27,099 nt of DNA from Ardenticatenales bacterium (lineage in GTDB: Bacteria; Chloroflexota; Anaerolineae; Promineifilales; UBA4811), in NCBI GenBank assembly GCA_013139935.1, contig WSZX01000292.1, positions 1-27,099 on the forward strand, written 5' to 3'. The notes under the pieces are model-generated. The model searched no databases. It was not told the origin of the DNA and was given only the letters and a program-made list of their open reading frames with translations. The translations under genes were made by a program, and so were the position numbers. This document shows, piece after piece, positions 25,213 to 27,099 of this stretch; position 1 is the stretch's first letter, and every line of letters begins with the position of its first letter.

Positions 25213-25241
25213 ATTATAGCCGGGCGGGGCGATATGGCCAA
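25213..25241 (-). promoter_or_regulatory. Sigma70-type promoter TTGGCC-N17-TATAAT for the DUF488 operon
   Basis: On the minus strand, TTGGCC is at 25241-25236 and TATAAT at 25218-25213, 34 nt upstream of ATG 25178. Confidence 0.55.
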
Positions 25242-25406
25242 CAAGCGGCCTGCGCTGGTTCCTGCTTGCCCTCTCGGAGCGTGTGGCCAATGGGGACGAT
25301 TTCTGCCAGTCGGGGTGACAAGGGTGCTGCGGAGACAAGAATCGAGCCTGATCTGAACCCAGCCAGTCCAGGCAGTGTTGGAATGAGTGTTGCGACGCAT
25401 GGTAGC

Positions 25407-25447
25407 GTGCAACAAATGTTGCACCTCCTGGAAATCCAAGGTAGAAT
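25407..25447 (+). promoter_or_regulatory. Promoter TTGCAC-N17-TAGAAT with an overlapping palindromic operator
   Basis: GTGCAACA-AA-TGTTGCAC (25407-25424) covers the -35 (25419-25424); TAGAAT is at 25442-25447, upstream of the RpiR gene. Confidence 0.6.
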
Positions 25448-25478
25448 GCAGCCTGAGGTTTGATGGGTAGAGTTATCG

Positions 25479-26372
25479 ATGTCCGGTAAGCACGATGGCG
25501 AACTGAGCCCGGCTGCGAGCCAAGCTCCTCTGGAGGAGAGGATCGTGGCGGCTTTGTCGGGCCTCAGCAGGAAGCAGAAGGAGATCGCCCGTTTTGTACT
25601 GGACAATCAAGAGATCGTGGCCTTTTCCTCGGCAAGCGAACTAGGGGGGAGAACCGATAGCAGTGCAGCCACGGTGGTGAGATTCTGCCAGGCACTGGGG
25701 TACAAGGGCTACATAGACCTTCAGTCAGCGGTCCGCGACCAGGTATCCCGCCAGTGGCCGGCCGTGCGACGTTTTCAGGAGCGGCTGGACAACCCTCTGC
25801 CCAAAGAGGACCTAGTGGCCCGCGCCTTTAGCACCGACATCCAGAATATCGAGCGCACGGCCGAGCTCACGGCCGGCGACCGTCTGCAAGCTGCAGCGGG
25901 AGAGATACGCCGCGCCCGGCAGATACTGGTGGTAGGAGGCGGATTGACCTCAACGGTGGTCGGGTTCTTTGCCCATGCGCTGCAAGTGATTGGGCTGCCG
26001 GTCCAGTGTGTCGCCGGCGGGGGCGAGCCGCTGGCGTTGGCGCTGGCGTTTCTGCGGCCGGATGACGTGGTGATTGGCGTCGGTTTCTGGCGGAATCTCC
26101 GGGACGTGGTTCAAGCCATCGAGCAGGCGCAGGAGATTGGAGCCACAACCATCGGCATTACCGACAGCAGGCTATCCCCCTTGGCTCGGCTGCCGGACCA
26201 TCATTTTCTGGTTGCGACGAGCGGGGTGGCGCACAATCTCTCTCCGGTTGCGACGCTGTCGCTGCTGAATACGCTGGTGGCGACCCTATCGTTTGACATG
26301 CCGGAGCGCGTCGTCGAATCCTTGCACATGGTGGACGAAGCATATAGGCGGAGCGGCTTGTTGGCCGAGTAG
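25479..26372 (+). CDS. MurR/RpiR-family transcriptional regulator (HTH + SIS)
   Basis: LSRKQKEIARFVL...SASELG...SAATVVRFCQALGYKGY HTH, followed by a SIS domain (DDVVIGVGF, TIGITDSRLSPLA). Confidence 0.93.
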   Translation: MSGKHDGELSPAASQAPLEERIVAALSGLSRKQKEIARFVLDNQEIVAFSSASELGGRTDSSAATVVRFCQALGYKGYIDLQSAVRDQVSRQWPAVRRFQERLDNPLPKEDLVARAFSTDIQNIERTAELTAGDRLQAAAGEIRRARQILVVGGGLTSTVVGFFAHALQVIGLPVQCVAGGGEPLALALAFLRPDDVVIGVGFWRNLRDVVQAIEQAQEIGATTIGITDSRLSPLARLPDHHFLVATSGVAHNLSPVATLSLLNTLVATLSFDMPERVVESLHMVDEAYRRSGLLAE

Positions 26373-26481
26373 CGATTGTAGAGACGGAAAGGAGGTGAGG
26401 CGCCCTCGGCGAAACGTGGGAACTCGGACCGTATTCAAGTGTTTGGTATCGGATTGAAGCGAAAGAGAGGAGAGATCGAAG

Positions 26482-27099
26482 ATGTTTGCTTTTAAGAGAT
26501 CACTGCTAATAGGCGTCTCACTATTGACAGTACTGGCTCTGTTGGGAGGTTGTGCGACCCCCACCCCGGAGGTGATCGAAAAGGAGGTCATCGTCACGCA
26601 GATCGTGGAAGAGACGGTGATCGTGGAAGGCACGCCCCGAATCGTGGAAGTCGAAGTAGAGAAGGTGGTGACGGCCACGCCGATCGTGGGTCCGCAGCCG
26701 GGCGGCACTATGGTCATTGGGTTGTCCGCCGAGATCATGACACTGGACCCGGCCGATTACCGCGATACTACAACCGAGACCGTCATCCGCAACATGTTCG
26801 ACGGTCTGGTGACTCGCTCCAGCGACGGCCGGGTGTTGCTGCAACTGGCCGAATCGGCCACGCTGATTGACAGCGTCACGTGGGAGTTTGTGCTCAAAAA
26901 GGGCGTTACCTTCCACAACGGCGAGGACCTGACGGCCGAGGACGTGAAATTCACCTTTGATCGCATCATCACCGAGAATGCGATCGAGTACACCGAGCCC
27001 CACACCTCCCCGCGCAAAGGCCTCATCGGGCCTGTGGAAAGCGTCGAGATCGTGGACGACTATACGGTGCGCTTGTACCTGTCGGCCCCCTTCCCGGCG
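26482..27099 (+). CDS. ABC transporter substrate-binding lipoprotein, family 5 (peptide/nickel-type), partial
   Basis: Translated by hand from ATG 26482 (SD GAGGAG): lipobox LGGC, EKEVIVTQIVEETVIVEGTP linker, TLDP, MFDGLV, LAES, WEFVLKKGVTFHNGEDLTAEDVKFTFDR and VEIVDDYTV; runs off the right edge. Confidence 0.93.
   Translation, partial: MFAFKRSLLIGVSLLTVLALLGGCATPTPEVIEKEVIVTQIVEETVIVEGTPRIVEVEVEKVVTATPIVGPQPGGTMVIGLSAEIMTLDPADYRDTTTETVIRNMFDGLVTRSSDGRVLLQLAESATLIDSVTWEFVLKKGVTFHNGEDLTAEDVKFTFDRIITENAIEYTEPHTSPRKGLIGPVESVEIVDDYTVRLYLSAPFPA

Noticed and set aside
25150-25606. Small ORFs in the DUF488/RpiR divergent spacer
   Set aside because: They overlap identified promoters, the operator or the RpiR start, and show no coding signature.

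Overview
High-GC chromosomal segment, most likely from a Chloroflexota (Anaerolineae-like) bacterium. This is inferred from the Thr/Pro/Val/Glu-rich lipoprotein linkers and the dnaB-DnaD-double loader arrangement. Left to right it contains: a partial AAA+ ATPase and an ADP-forming acyl-CoA ligase (minus strand), divergent from tdh-kbl (threonine catabolism); a DUF151 nuclease; a tightly coupled run of dnaB (with a natural 145-aa mini-intein), a DnaD-domain protein, a tandem-duplicated DnaC/IstB-type loader ATPase, an orphan GAF-PAS histidine kinase, a LysM/M23 lipoprotein and a SAM methyltransferase; a Gly-rich membrane protein; a four-subunit 2-oxoacid:ferredoxin oxidoreductase; arfB; a CapA-like lipoprotein, an L,D-transpeptidase and a minimal zincin; a three-gene DUF488-DUF488-dual-OB operon; and an RpiR regulator with the start of a family-5 ABC substrate-binding protein. 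The best candidate for an uncharacterised system is the DUF488/DUF488/dual-OB operon, in which one DUF488 ends in a beta-clamp-binding-like motif (QLTLF) and the other appears to start at CTG. The intergenic regions carry a family of small elements with GAGGGTGTNGAAAA inverted ends (MITE-like) and several candidate structured RNAs. No rRNA, tRNA, CRISPR array or transposase was recognised. All family assignments come from motif recognition; no database search was run.
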